64,000 nt of DNA from positions 12,834,001 through 12,898,000 of the forward strand of contig NC_043024.1 of NCBI RefSeq assembly GCF_006345805.1, read 5' to 3'. The stretch comes from Octopus sinensis (Eukaryota). Shown piece by piece: positions 23,563 to 38,097 of the stretch; positions within the stretch are counted from its first letter, which is position 1, and every line of letters starts with the position of its first letter. A program made the position numbers and the translations under genes. The notes beneath the pieces were generated by a model. It was not told where the DNA came from. It worked only from the letters and a program-made list of their open reading frames with translations, and made no database searches.

Positions 23563-23852
23563 AGTAAAGATTGTTTGCCAACATAACATGGTAGTCCTGG
23601 TTTAGGACTAATGTTATTGTAATTTAGCCACAGGAGACATCGTCTCCAGCTGGCTATACGACACGATCTGTGGCCTTACATTTTCGAACAAGGGAATCTA
23701 ATACCCTCACTCAGCTCAAAACAATATCTGTGTATCACGATGTCTGGGTTATGTCGTACAACCAGCTGGAGACGACGTCTCCTGGGGCTAAATTACAGCA
23801 ACATTAGTCCTAAACCAGGACTGCCATGTTATGTTGACAAACAATCTTTACT
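23563..23852. mobile_element. MITE-like element with 101-bp TIRs
   Basis: 23563-23663 and 23752-23852 are reverse complements with few mismatches; TSD not identifiable. Confidence 0.85.
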
Positions 23853-25468
23853 GCTCCTACTAGTTTGGACAGGATCTTGCCGGGAGGCACCTGACTGAGC
23901 ATACGAAATGTCCAGTTGGTAGTCGACACCCGTAACTAACAGTTGCATAGTATCCTTCTCTTTCAGATTCTGAAAGCGTACCCCATAGCGTTTTATCTAA
24001 ATACGGTGAATTTTTTTATGGGCATAGAGGGGTTAAAAGAGCAAAAGTGTAACTAAAACATTTCCAACGACTGGTGAAACTTCCTTCATTATCTCTCGTT
24101 CAACAGTCCGTGTCTTTCTCTCTTAATCTTTGCCGCTCTTTCTCTACCTCTAGGTAGCTTTCTTTGCGTCTATCTTTTTTTACCGTCTTCTCTTTAGCTC
24201 TATCACACAGACACATACACACACAAACACACCCACACACTATTTCTCTTTCCATTTATCTGTACTTCTCTCTCTCTTTCACTCTGTATCTATCACAGAC
24301 ACACACACACAGATAAACACACGCATACACCACTCTCTCTATTTTTCTCTCTCTCTCTCTCTCTCCCACACGTTCATACTCTACTGGCAAATGACCGAGT
24401 TCTTTCCTCCGCAATCCACCGAATATTCCAATTTATGCAGAAGGAAACAGACAGCTGTTAATGCCTGCAGTTATTGATATAAATTTTAGAATTAATTTTA
24501 ATTTTCTAATTGATTCAAAGAACTTCAGAAAGATCAGCAGAGGCAGAAGGAGGGGGGCGTGTTAGAGGTTAGGGGGGAAAAAAACAACAACACGTAAAAG
24601 AAAACAACAACAAAACCAGAAAAAGACCACAAAAACAAAATATACAACATGAAATGAGCAAAACAAATTAAAAACAATGATAAAAAACAAATTTAATAAA
24701 AGAAAAACAAAACAGGAAATATTAAGAAAAATAATAGAAATAATGTGAAAAATAAAATAAAAATGAATGTCTTTATGTTTTGGGAGATGTTAGAGGGGAG
24801 GGGGAGTAATTTTTATAGCAACCGAATATCGGTTGATTTTTGCGGTTTGTTACTGTAGCTTAACACACGCACACACACACATACACACACACACACAGAT
24901 ATGTACATGCAAAGACACATGTATACTGATATACACCAGCTTGTATACACATGCAAAGCATAAATACATGCGGATACATATACACACAAACATACATATA
25001 CACCCTCATCCAACGCACAAATACAAGCATACTTAAACACATACATACGCACGAATGCATCCGCAAGCCTAGACACAAACATACCTACATATCTATAACC
25101 GCAAACACACAAAGATACAAAGGTGTACACATATATACACAAACATAACATACATACTCCTCTACACACACGCGCTCGCGCAATGCACATAGACATACAC
25201 ACACACACAGACACGATGCAACAAACGCACATACACATATACATTCCCATGCATACACACACACCTGCAAAGAGGAGTGCACGCACATGCACATATGCAG
25301 GCATTACATACACCCGTGGGCATGCAGTACTCAAAACACACACAACCATACACCTAAACATGTATACATACACACATCCACATGTCCTTTTAGCTAAACG
25401 TATCACTGAAGTGTAACAGGAGGCGGGTGGGGAGAGTGGAGCGGAATTCCTTCACAGACTAGGAAACC

Positions 25469-25477
<9 letters not shown>

Positions 25478-25528
<51 letters not shown>
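25478..25528. repeat. Perfect (ACT)17 microsatellite
   Basis: Read directly from the sequence. Confidence 0.95.
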
Positions 25529-25529
<1 letters not shown>

Positions 25530-26755
25530 AAATATTCACCGCCACTTGCTGCCGTTATTTCTATCACCATCACTACAATCAAATAGTACCAGAATAATAA
25601 TGATAATGATCAGGAATATGATGATGATGATGATGATATTGATGACGACGATGTGACAAACTCAACACTTTCGCTACTTTTTGATGAAGAGCCTGTTGCT
25701 CAAAATATTAAATCATTCCCTTTCTTCGATGTAAAGAAATTTGTTTAAAATACCGTAATTCCCGTTATTTTATCTGCACTCACAGAAACAAAAGATGAAG
25801 CCAAAGATAGTCTGTGCAGCGTTTCAACTTATTAGAAACAACAGCCAAATCTCCCTCAAATTACACCGTTGACTTAAAAAAAGAGGAGCGGTACATTTTG
25901 GATAACGTGGGTTGGATTGATGGGGTAGTCATGGCAAGAATTAGGGCAGACAACCAGTACGGTCACCTTTAGTCACTGATGACTGACAAAGGCCTAGTTG
26001 TTTCAGCTATCGAAAGACACCATCTCGCTCGCTAAGGGGGGCAGGTCAAAATCACCCCCCATACAATCAAAAAAGGATTTGATGTAACGTGAAATGAAAT
26101 GTTTTACTTTAGAATACTAGGCGCTGCCCGGTCTGGTAATCGAACCACCGATCTAGCGGTCGTGAGTGCAACACTAACTACTAAGCTATGCGCCTTCACA
26201 CACACACATGTATGTATGTGTGTGTCCACTTATATATCAATGTTATATATTACATTCTATCTATCTTACTATACACTCATCAAGTCTCTGTGTCACCCTC
26301 TCTGTATTATCATCAATGTCAGTCCTGTTTTCTCCAAGATCTCCAATCAACCAAACAAACAACGAAATCCATCTCTAAATTACAGTTTTACCAGTTCGTA
26401 AAAAGTAGTCATCAACATAGAGGGAAAAAGAAATGACGAGAAATTACATTACAAGGAAAGCAAAAAGAGTAAAGAAGAGATGACATACACAAACACACAC
26501 ACTTATGTAATGAGTAAACGAATAGAAAATACTTGGATAATATCTTTTATTGGTCGTATGCAACCAATATTTAGTGGGGGGTAGATATTAGATGTAGCAG
26601 GATTGCAAAGATACTAATATTAGCGATGTCGCTGTTGGCTGGCGAATATTTTTGATCAATATTGAAGTAGATTCATTATATTTTATTAGGAAGTTACTTT
26701 CGTAAAGAAGACACCACTTAAAGCTCCGGAAAGCATCGTGTGTATAGGATATACC

Positions 26756-26804
<49 letters not shown>

Positions 26805-27153
26805 TATGCATATAAATATAAAATATACATATAGATATATATAAATATCATTATACATATATAGATATATATATGATTATACATACATATATATATATAT
26901 ATATCTATATATTTATATAATTATACATATATATATGTAGACACATATATACGTGCATATATATATATATTATATATATATATATATACACAGATGCATA
27001 TATATATATACACATAGATGCATATACATATATATATATATACACATAGTTGCATGCATATATATACACAGATGCATATACATATATATATATATACATA
27101 GTTGCATGCATATATATACACAGATGCATATATATATATATATACACATAGAT

Positions 27154-27230
<77 letters not shown>

Positions 27231-28430
27231 GATGTATATATATATATGCATACATATATACATATACACATTGTCTGAGTCAGAAAATGTCAAGAGCTTG
27301 TATATTATGTAATGTAGTAGGTATATTACTTTACAATATTACAGTTTTAGTCTTATAACAGCCGATTCAAGTTACGGGACGGTTTCACGTAGAGTAAAGA
27401 CAAATTAACAAACATGCAATTTGTTTAAAAGGAAGGGAATAGTTTTAGCTATTTTTTAGTCAAGTTCTAAGTCCCTGAAAATAAGTGTAAAATTATAAGT
27501 GTAACACATTTTGTAAAATGCAGAATTAAATTATGGATTAAATGCCAAAAATACAATGAAAAACATTGTATATATGTAGATATGAAAGTACAGATTGATA
27601 AATATATATGTTTTACACACGCGTGTGTATGTGTGTAAAGCCTTCTAAACTGAAGTATTCATCTCGAGAAAGCTTTTCTTATTGACATAAAGTTTTAATA
27701 ACAAAGAAATATATCAGCAGAAGGCGAAAACTCTGTAGCAGCGACAGAATCATTGGAGAATCCAGATCATAATTAGCAAAGGTCGGGATACATCGACCTA
27801 AAGTTCGAGTATTAGGACATTCGTTTAGCAAGCCAATGTCGCTTGCAGGTAACAAGTGATTGAAATGTCACGGAAACATAATGTAGCCGGCAGGCTGAAG
27901 AAACATTCGTTGTTAGCGACGAAAGACGTTTTCAAATCCGCAATTTGTACGTCGCACGTAATTCATATACACCCAATGGTATGCTTGTTGCTAATTTGAA
28001 CTCCCAGCCAGTAAGAAAAGTGCAACATTAATAATCTATCAATCACTGTTTAACCACATCAACTAGCGACCAATTTTCACTCAGAATGATTTATCGGTTG
28101 TTACCTTCCTCTGATGAAGCGCAAAGAAGCAGAAACCCGATTCCAGACACACAACCACTATTGCTGTGAAATGATTTTTATATGCTGCTTACATATTTTT
28201 GTGCTTTAAACAGTATCATGTGTAAAAAATACTTTCTCGAGACGAATACCACCGTTTAGAAGACTTTCCACAGTCTATGGGTTTTGAGTACGAAATATCG
28301 ATTACTTATTAGAACTAATATTATTTCTGTCGCTAATAATGAACATATGTATGCATATATGTATTCACACACATACACATAATAATAATAATAATAATAA
28401 TAATAATCCCTGGATGGAATTTATGTTTTA

Positions 28431-28470
<40 letters not shown>

Positions 28471-28689
28471 CTGTGTGTACGTAGGTATTTGTATATGTGT
28501 ATTAGTCATTCGTTTATTACTTTCTACCTACTAGTAACTAACTTAACTCCATTTAACCTCCATGATATCATGCTAGATTGAGCTACTAACTCATAAACCC
28601 TTTACGCAACCTTCTAAAATTATCTCTCATCATACAATTGAATCATTAACACATATTTTTTAGAACCTCATAAATTATACGTGTCGCAG

Positions 28690-29210
28690 TAACTCCCCTC
28701 GCTACCTAAATGAACAATTTTGCTCGTCAGGATTCACATTACGTAAGATATTAGCATGCTACTAAATTCATGGATAACAATGCTACACATCGTGCCCGGT
28801 ACTACTCAGAAATTAGTCATAAAAATACACTAGTGGTCTCCCTTTCACTTCATGTTAAGTCTAACATCGGGAAAGCTTTCTAACATTAATAGAAAAACAC
28901 TTCCCACTTGTCCATAAATATGGAAAACTTTTAAATTCGGATAAACTTAAAATTAGCAACAGTTATACCAGAAACTGAAATAATATAATATCCAATAAAT
29001 ATGAAGCTATATACTAAGGGAGATAGCTCCATCCATTCCCACCATATTTGATTTACAACACTGATGCTATGGTTTGTGTTACGTATATGAAACAGCTTCG
29101 ACTTGATACGTAAATGCTATATAGATGTAGTGAAGAAAAAGTCCAGTAGAAAATCTACTGAGGGACTACCTCTTTTGATATAGAAGAATTAATTTACAAT
29201 GCTCGGCACT
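28690..29210 (+). mobile_element. Decayed Penelope-like element, RT-to-GIY-YIG linker region
   Basis: SLHVKSNIGKAF/LTLIEKHFPLVHKYGKLLNSDKLKISNSY...EELIYNA resembles PLE NIGK.FL.LI.KHFP...LK.SYSC...IY.A; stops and frameshifts. Confidence 0.6.
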
Positions 29211-30092
29211 GACAAATGCTTTCATTGCACAGCAGAAAACACCTGCAAAATCATGATTGCTATTTTAGCACAAGGCCTGGGGCATTGAGGAATTGCAAAC
29301 GCTTTGTGAAGCATTAGTTTATGTAATTAGGACACAGATTATGTCCTATCTCCCACAACATGCAAACTCATGCATACGTGAGGATATACGTACGTGCCAC
29401 ATTTTACTTTTCACCTGTATTTTTTTTATATAATATCTGTTCTTGCTGTTTACTTTTTAAAATTTATCTCCCCTTATTTCACGCGTTTTATATTTATTTC
29501 TCATACGACCTACATCTTTGCATTTACACCTTTGTTTTATTTTATTTCTTTTGTATATTTTTCCTGTATTTCTTAAAATAGATGTGATTCATTTTACTGT
29601 TGAGAGGAAATAACTCATTTCTAGTATGTCGGTGCTGTGATCCCTAAGGGAAATAGAAACGGTTAGAATTGATAAAATTCTTTTGTGATAGTCTAAAGTA
29701 AGTAAAGACGTGATGATATCATTATTATTACTATAAATCATTATTACGAAGCACAACATGCGTGAATGTGTGCATGTATGCTTGCGTATGCACATATAAA
29801 TATTTACAAGCTGCAGCAAAAATTCACGCTTTTACAAACCGCTCTAATCTCACATTGGAACGCAGTAATAGTGCACATTCCCGGTCCTTTACGGACTCAC
29901 GCAGATGTATTCGCATACACACATAGAACTATATACATAGAGACGCACACACACACGTATAGCTATATATATATACACATATACATTTATATTTAAATAC
30001 ATAACTACATACATATGTATTTAACGTATAATAACTATTTGTACATATGTATATGTTTCTATCTACCTGTTTGTCCCACTATCTATCTATCT

Positions 30093-30727
30093 GCCTTCCT
30101 TCAAACGGGAAGGAAGAGCTATTTTCATCATCCTTGTGGCTATGGCAAAAGAATGTATCTGGTGGACGCGTCTGAAAGGATTGGAGACAAACACTTTCCT
30201 CTCTGGTTAATCTCTCATCAACTTCTTCAAGTACCACTTGAAAAGGAAAGTGAGAGTAGAGAGGCAAGTGTTGACTAGCGAACGTTTTAAAAAAAAGATG
30301 GGTGAATGTAGCAAGGATGGCACGTATGAATGACGAAGCCACCTTGAGCATAATCCTATGAACCCAGAAATTGAAAACAGGGTTACCCACTTGCAAACAA
30401 ATGTGGTAACATATAACAATATTGACTGAGGTTACCGTGGTCTTTTTCGTAGGCTTTTCTTCCCACGGATAAACCTTATCTGCTTCCCCCGTTACACCGT
30501 ACATCATGACACTGTGATACACGATCCCTATTGATCGTTTTTTCCTCTTCCCCTTTTTTACTCTTTTTTTCTTTTTTCTTTTCTTTTCTTTCTTTTTTTC
30601 TTTTTTCCCTTTTACGATCCCTTTTGATCGAAAAACCTACGCCACTTTTTTTTTCATCCCCCAAAAGAAAATCTACCTTGTAATTTGTCCCATCTGTGTG
30701 CAGCCCTGTGTGGCCAATAAAGAAACT
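30093..30727 (+). mobile_element. L1/Tx1-like LINE 3' end
   Basis: VAMAKECIWWTRLK...NFFKYHLKRKVRVERQVL..ERFKK(R)W...LSIIL*; pyrimidine-rich 3' UTR ending AATAAAGAAAC; (ATCT)n on both sides. Confidence 0.7.
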
Positions 30728-30905
30728 TATCTATCTATCTATCTATCTATCTCTCACTCTCTCTATATATATATAACGCACATACACACACATATACACA
30801 CGCACATACTCACAAGCAGACACATATATACACACGCACACACATACATACACATGCACACTCAAATGAGCCCACACATACCTCCCATACACAGAACACA
30901 CTCAT

Positions 30906-30943
<38 letters not shown>

Positions 30944-31322
30944 CTCCTTCTCTTGCACTCTTCTGTCTCTGAAAGAACTATTTGCCTATTGGTCATCCAC
31001 CTATTGTTTCAGCCCTAAATATACACAAATATTGAAATTCTTTCTGAGTTTTCAGATTTTTTATATATGCTAGGCTATTGGTTTTAAATTGATATTAATT
31101 AAATTAATTTTCAATTTATCTCCCTCATTATTTAAATTTATATATATAGGTATATAACTATATGTATATAAGAATATATATATACTTAATATTTATATTT
31201 GAATATAAATATTTATATATCAATACGTATATAAATATATATATATATGTATATATACATGTATACATACATACATATATATATATATACATGTATACAT
31301 ACATACATATATATATACATGT

Positions 31323-31396
<74 letters not shown>

Positions 31397-32439
31397 TAGA
31401 TATATATGAATATATACATATGAGTATATATATACATATATATATGTTTTATTATATATATATATATACATATATGTATCTCCTATATATGAATATATTC
31501 ATATATGCACACATGTATACACACACACGTACATACATATATAGACATATACATAGATACATACATAAATACATACATCCATCCATCCATATATTGTAAA
31601 CGTGCGTATGTGTGCGCGTGTATTGTGATGTGGTGGAAGTGGCTTAAAATTTATATTTAAATGTTCTGCTACCTTATTATCTGATTGGCCAATCTGTAGC
31701 CTAAAGATAAAGATCTAACATGGAAATCTAGACTAATTAGTTTCCACTTTTATTTATTTTTTTTCTTTCGTCTGTTTGATGTAATTTACTTTTTTTCCGT
31801 TCGATTTCATATCAGACAAGCTATGAGCAGAAACAAGAAATAAATGACTAATTTCATAAATATAGTCATTAAGAAATATATTCAGAAATACAGATGCAGA
31901 AATATATAAAACGTTGAAAAGCGTAATATATATAATATGAAAACGAAGGAATAAATTGAGAGAGAAAAGAAAAATTACAAGACAATGAAGTGTGAATTGT
32001 ACTTTCCTGTGATTAGCAATTAAGCAAAATAGGATACCGCTAAGATTTGCTGTCTTGGTTACCATAAATCCCAGATTGTTAAATGCGATACAAAATAATG
32101 ATTACCTGCGAGTGTTGCTAAAGAATAAAGGAAAAAACAAAGAGACGTGATGTGGTGTTCTGTAGTCAAGGTGTGCGTCTATGGTAATTTATTATTTGCC
32201 GTTGTTTGCCAGGAATTATGCAAAGAAAAGGTTTAGCAAGGAAAATGTAACATTTGTCATTATCGTTAGAAAATGTTATCGTGTGGTCAGATGTGCTGAC
32301 GGCAAATATTGTTCTATTGATATAGTTTCAAAGACAGGAAAAATACGATTATGTCAAATATTGTCGGTTGCTATGGTTAACAACAATGTCATGGCTTGTC
32401 GATAGAAACGGAACATTAGTGGTTAAGGTTACCAAATAT

Positions 32440-32765
32440 ATTGGTTTTAAATTTTGCCAAAAGGCCAGCAAATTCTGTGTGAGTGTATAAGTTGATGACA
32501 TCAACCCCAATATCCAACTGGTAATTATTTTATCGACACCGAATGATGAAATGCAAAGTCGACCTCGGCGGAATTTATTAGGTGTGAGGGTATAAGTTGA
32601 TTACGGCGACCCCAATATCCAACTGGTAATTATTTTATCGACCCTGAAGGATGAAAGGCAAAGTCGACCTCGGTGGAATTTGAACTCAGAATGTAAAGAC
32701 GGACAAAATGCTGCTAAGCATTTTTGCCTGGCGTGGTAACCATTTTGCCAGCTCGCAGCCTTCAG
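32440..32765 (-). mobile_element. SINE group C with internal tandem duplication of about 105 bp
   Basis: GTGTGAG.GTATAAGTTGA...GTCGACCTCGG.GGAATTT occurs at about 32477 and again at about 32582. Confidence 0.85.
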
Positions 32766-33401
32766 GGTTACCAAATATTATGCTATTTTGATAAACATGT
32801 AACATTGGTTGTTAAAGTTACCTAGTGTTGTGGCATATTGTTAAGCACGTAACTTTGGTTGCTACGTTTACATGGGTGGGGAGGGGTCATGTGATATAAT
32901 AAAACCCCGCAACCTTTGGTTCGTTTTTCCTCGTGGTTTGATAACTCTTTATGATTGGTAGCTGTCATACCATTTCATGTTTTGGTCACCAAAAATCATT
33001 TTGTTTTAATGTGATGAAGCAAACAACACAATGTTTTGCTGCCTCCCTTAAACATTTATTTTTGGTTGGACGTATTTCTTCTGACTCTTTACGTTCTGAG
33101 TTCAAATCCCGCTGAAGTCATCTATTCTGGTCATCGTTTCGGAGTCAACAAAATGAAGTACCATTCAAGTAATGCTCTCAACAGAATCGGTTCAGCCCTA
33201 TTTTGAGAACCCGGGCTTTAGTGTTATTATTGGATTCAAATTTCGGCACGAGGTCAGAAAATCCTGGGGGCGGTTTATTTTATCGATCCTGTGCCTAAGA
33301 GGTGTTTGTTTTATCAACCCTGAAAGGGACGACAAGCAAAGTCGACCCCAAAGGAAGCGTGGTAACACATTATTATTATCGGTAATAAGGCAGCGAGCTG
33401 C

Positions 33402-33985
33402 CGTGTAAGCGATAAACATACGCTATGTATATGTGATTGATAATGTTTATATATACATATATGCATATATATTATATATATATTTATATGTGTATACGCA
33501 TGTATATTATTGGAGTGAGAGAGAGAGAGAGAAATTGAAAGTGAAACATAGACAAGAAGTTCAATATACTTAATGCAGTGTTATGTTAGGGAGGAATAGT
33601 TGCTAGTTTTGTTAGTCTTCTTCGCACCTGATCTGATAACTCACTGATAAAATGAAAAAGGTTCCACTAATGACCTCCCCTCCTTTTCCCCCAGACCATT
33701 GATTTATTTACTTTCGAGGTGTTTCGAGTGCATAGCAACGAGGAATCACAATGTGGGAGATATATTGACATGTATCATTGTTGATCATATCGAAGTGGGT
33801 TGCTCCGGCTGGTCTGGGATATTCAATGTCCTGTAACACTTGGCTTCATCTTGGGACCCCCCACCCCACTAAGACGCTATCCAGCAGCGGATGGGCGTAT
33901 AAAGAAAACACAGACTACGCATATGCGGTCGATAATGTCAGCGTTATTTGAGCTGCTTTTAAATAATAATAATAATAATGATAAT
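33402..33985. repeat. Dispersed direct repeat, copy 1 (about 580-600 bp)
   Basis: Colinear with 37494-38097, including embedded microsatellites and the terminal (TAA)n. Confidence 0.92.
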
Positions 33986-34469
33986 AAAAGTAAATATATG
34001 TACGTACGTGTGTATATATGTATGTATGTGTATATGTGTGTATGTGTGTGTGCGTGATTGCGTGTATGCATGTATTGATAGTTATGTAGGTAGGTGTGAA
34101 CAATCAAAAGAAAGCGACACTTAAAGAGTAGTATTTGATAATAATTTGACTAATTCAGTCCCATGTTACGTTTGAAAATGTAAATACATATTTATGGTTA
34201 TGAAGTTTTTAGCTATGTGGAGCAGGGACAGTGTATTATTATTATTATTATTATTATTTTTTATTTATTTTATTATTATTATTATTGCTTCCAAAGTGGA
34301 CGGACGTGTTTTCCCGAAGCTGCGGACCATTTCTGTTTGAAAATTTATTATAACTTGAAATATTTTTATATATTTGTGTAGCGAAGCCGACTAAACTCTT
34401 GCACAGCTGTTGAATTGAGACTACTAAAAGAATAAAAGAATAAAGAATATGTACACACACACACGCACG

Positions 34470-34527
<58 letters not shown>

Positions 34528-35829
34528 AGTATATACGTATGTATGTATGTATATGATCAACTTCTAATTGCTCCATTTCTTTTCTTATCTGAATATATTA
34601 AACCACGGTTTACCATTTTAGTTACCAACTACTGTTAATCTTACAGCAAGGCCTATATATAGTTAGGTAATGCACCAGTAGTGCCCACGGATACATTCAT
34701 CCCTTAGACGGTTTCATAACCATTAACTTATAATTTATATATATCCATTTATATATGATGCTTAAAATATATACTCAGTTGACAGGCAAGATACTGCGCT
34801 TTTTGTCCGAGGTTAAATCACTTATAGATGTATTACACTGGAAATTTGATGTGACATGATGTACACTGCACAGTTTCTGTCTTCCAAATCCCTTTCCTAA
34901 ATTTCTGCTCCATACTTGTCTAATCTATAATAAAAATTGCAGTCTAAACGTGCCACACAATGGAATCGAACTCGAGACCACGTTGTTTGAAAGGAAATAT
35001 TTCCAACCACACATCTCTACATGCTACTGCTGTGTGTTTAACTGTTGTGTATTTAATCTCGGCTGCTTCTCTATCAACGAAGATTTTTCTCTGTTTGTAC
35101 TTGCCACGCTACAACACTGCAAATGACAATATCAAAGCTTAAACATTCGATTCTATTTTGTTCCGTTCCATCTGCGGCATGCTGGTTTTACATAAATGGT
35201 ATTTGCATGCTTATTGTATTCCATTTTAATTCAATCCGTTCCTGTCAAGTAGACAGACCTCATGTGGTAAAATAAAAAGAAAACATCCTCCCCCAAATAC
35301 CGTGCTGAGTGCCAAATGTGGAGGTTTTTAATTTTGAAATGACAGATACCAAACAACATTAAGAATCAACGTTTTCCATGTCAGCCGTCATCGATGTAAA
35401 ATGTCTCTATAATAATAACGTGACTTGTTCAATGGAGAAAACTGGAATTTCCTTTAATATGTTTCTCTGTTCACGTAGAAAATTGGAGAAAAAGCCGAGC
35501 GCTCCATGATTTAAATATTGAAAGACAAGACAACATTTTCACTTACGAAAAACAGCTTGGAGGTTGTTGCTGGAATAGTGAGACAATGGCAGATAAAAGG
35601 AGTGTGAGAGCTAGAGGGAAAGAGAGAGACAGACGGTAGATGAATGAGAGGGAAAGAGAGAAGGAGAGAGAGAGAGACAGAGAGGCTGAGAGGGAGAACG
35701 ATAAATATTAAACGCAGGAAGATTTGTGTTACATATGAATTTGAAGAATATCATAATATACGTACATATACTAACACATGCATGCAACCACCGGCACACA
35801 CACACACATATATGTATATATGTGTATAT

Positions 35830-35905
35830 ATATATATACAAATACATACATATATGTATATATGTATATATATATATATATATTATATACAAATACATAC
35901 ATATA

Positions 35906-35941
<36 letters not shown>

Positions 35942-35955
35942 AATACATACATATA

Positions 35956-35995
<40 letters not shown>

Positions 35996-36050
35996 AATAC
36001 ATACATATATCTATATTATATAATATATATATATATATGCAAATACATAC

Positions 36051-36083
<33 letters not shown>

Positions 36084-36192
36084 GCAAATACATACATATA
36101 TCTATATATATAATATATATATATATATATATGCAAATACATACATATATCTATATATATATATATATATAATGCAAATACATACATATATC

Positions 36193-36229
<37 letters not shown>

Positions 36230-36251
36230 GCAAATACATACATACATCTAA

Positions 36252-36286
<35 letters not shown>

Positions 36287-36418
36287 GCAAATACATACAT
36301 ACATCTATATATTATATATATATATATATAATATATATATATATATATGCAAATACATACATACATATATTTATATATATGCAAATACATACATACATAT
36401 ATATATATATATATGCAA

Positions 36419-36451
<33 letters not shown>

Positions 36452-36470
36452 CAAATACATATATATATAT
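35830..36470. repeat. Compound minisatellite: core GCAAATACATACATAT spaced by variable (TA)n, about 14 copies
   Basis: CAAATACAT recurs about 14 times at irregular spacing of roughly 30-60 bp. Confidence 0.9.
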
Positions 36471-37119
36471 ATATATTCGCACGCATGCATATACACATAT
36501 ATATATTTCTTTTCTTTCCTACACACAGCCGCAGTCGCATACAAAAAGAGATGAGAGAAAAAAAGCCAAAAGCTATTTGAAATTTTCATTAAAAATGTGC
36601 GTACGAAAATATTTCATTTGATTCTAATATTTGAAATTATGTGCAAAGGATTCTAAATCTAATATGGCTGGCTGCGACACAGAATTCTGGAGAGTATTTC
36701 AATAAAAGCTAAGTGATTCAAAAATATTCCTCAGGTTACATTCCTGTTGTATATAACATACGCAAATCACACAAACAGAGAAACATAAAAGCTAAAAGAC
36801 ATTCTCACAAAAACATCACAGTCCCACACATACACACACGCACTCACATACATCGACGTGAAGCCGAGCTGCACGCACAGGCCAGGCGTAGCCACAATCA
36901 CGGAAATACGGTTACATACGGAAAGTATTGAATATTGTTAGAATAAAGCAGAGCGGTATTGTTCGCTTTAAAAATATATTCTATACCCGGGAGCAATAAT
37001 ATATTCAATTATGTAAATTTATATCATAGTTAAGATTTATAAGGCAAATTAGCGGTTCATCAACAATGCATGCTTCTGCGATTTTTTTAAACCGAACGAA
37101 TTGCAACAATCCACATACA

Positions 37120-37167
<48 letters not shown>

Positions 37168-37493
37168 TAACTATGGATATGCATATATGGATAGTTGCAA
37201 ATGAAATATATAATGTGTATATGTATATATTGTATGCATTTGCACAGACATGTACACACACACACACACACATATTTATTCAGTAATAATAAATATATTA
37301 TACTCTCCTGTTTTCTAATGAATACCGAATCACAAATAAATACCCGTATATACAAGTGTTGTGTGTATATATACATATATCTTAATGTAATACACTCTAC
37401 GTTTTGTGGCAGCGTGTGTGCTTTGATATATATATATATCTATATATATATATATATATATATATGTAAATGTATATATCTCAACGCATCTGG

Positions 37494-38097
37494 CGTGTAA
37501 GCAATAAACATACACTATGTATATGCGACTGATAATGTTTATATATATATATATATATATATTTATATGCGTATACATATATGTATATTATTGGAGTGAG
37601 GGAAAGAGAAAGAAAGAAAGAGAGAAATTGACTGACATTGAAAGATAGACAAGAAGTTCAATATACTTAATGCAGTGTTATGTTAGAGAGGAATAGTTGC
37701 TAGTTTTGTTAGCCTTCTTCGCACCTGGCCTGAAAACTCACTGATAAAAAGAAAAAGGTTCCACTAATGACCTTCCCTCCTTTTCCTTTTCCCCCAGACC
37801 GTTGATTTATTTACTTTCGAGGTGTTTCGGGTGCATAGCAACGAGGAATGACAATGCGGGAGATATATTGACAGGTATCATTGTTGATCATATCGAAGCG
37901 GGTTGCTTCGGCTGGTCTGGGATATTCAATGTCCTGTAACACTCGGCTGCATCTTGGGACCCACCCCACCACCACCAGGACGCTATCCAGCGGCGTTTGG
38001 GCGTATAAAGAAAACACAGATTATGCATATGCGGTTGATAATGTCAGCGTTATTTGAGCTGCTTTTAGATAATAATAATAATGATAATAATAATAAT
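37494..38097. repeat. Dispersed direct repeat, copy 2
   Basis: Colinear with 33402-33985. Confidence 0.92.

Noticed and set aside
23967-24005. 39-nt plus-strand exon candidate (ttctctttcag|...ACG|gtgaat)
   Set aside because: The donor is mediocre and there is no other plus-strand support; such pairs are expected by chance.
27890-28150. CTGAAGA...GAAA and CTGATGA...GAAAC hammerhead-like cores
   Set aside because: Stems I and III cannot be paired in any topology; at most these are decayed relics.
35644-36621. Longest ORF (325 aa, Y/I/H-rich)
   Set aside because: It is a translation of a TA-based minisatellite that lacks stop codons by composition.
33402-38097. LTR retrotransposon bounded by the two direct repeats
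   Set aside because: No TG...CA termini, PBS/PPT, TSD or internal coding remnants.
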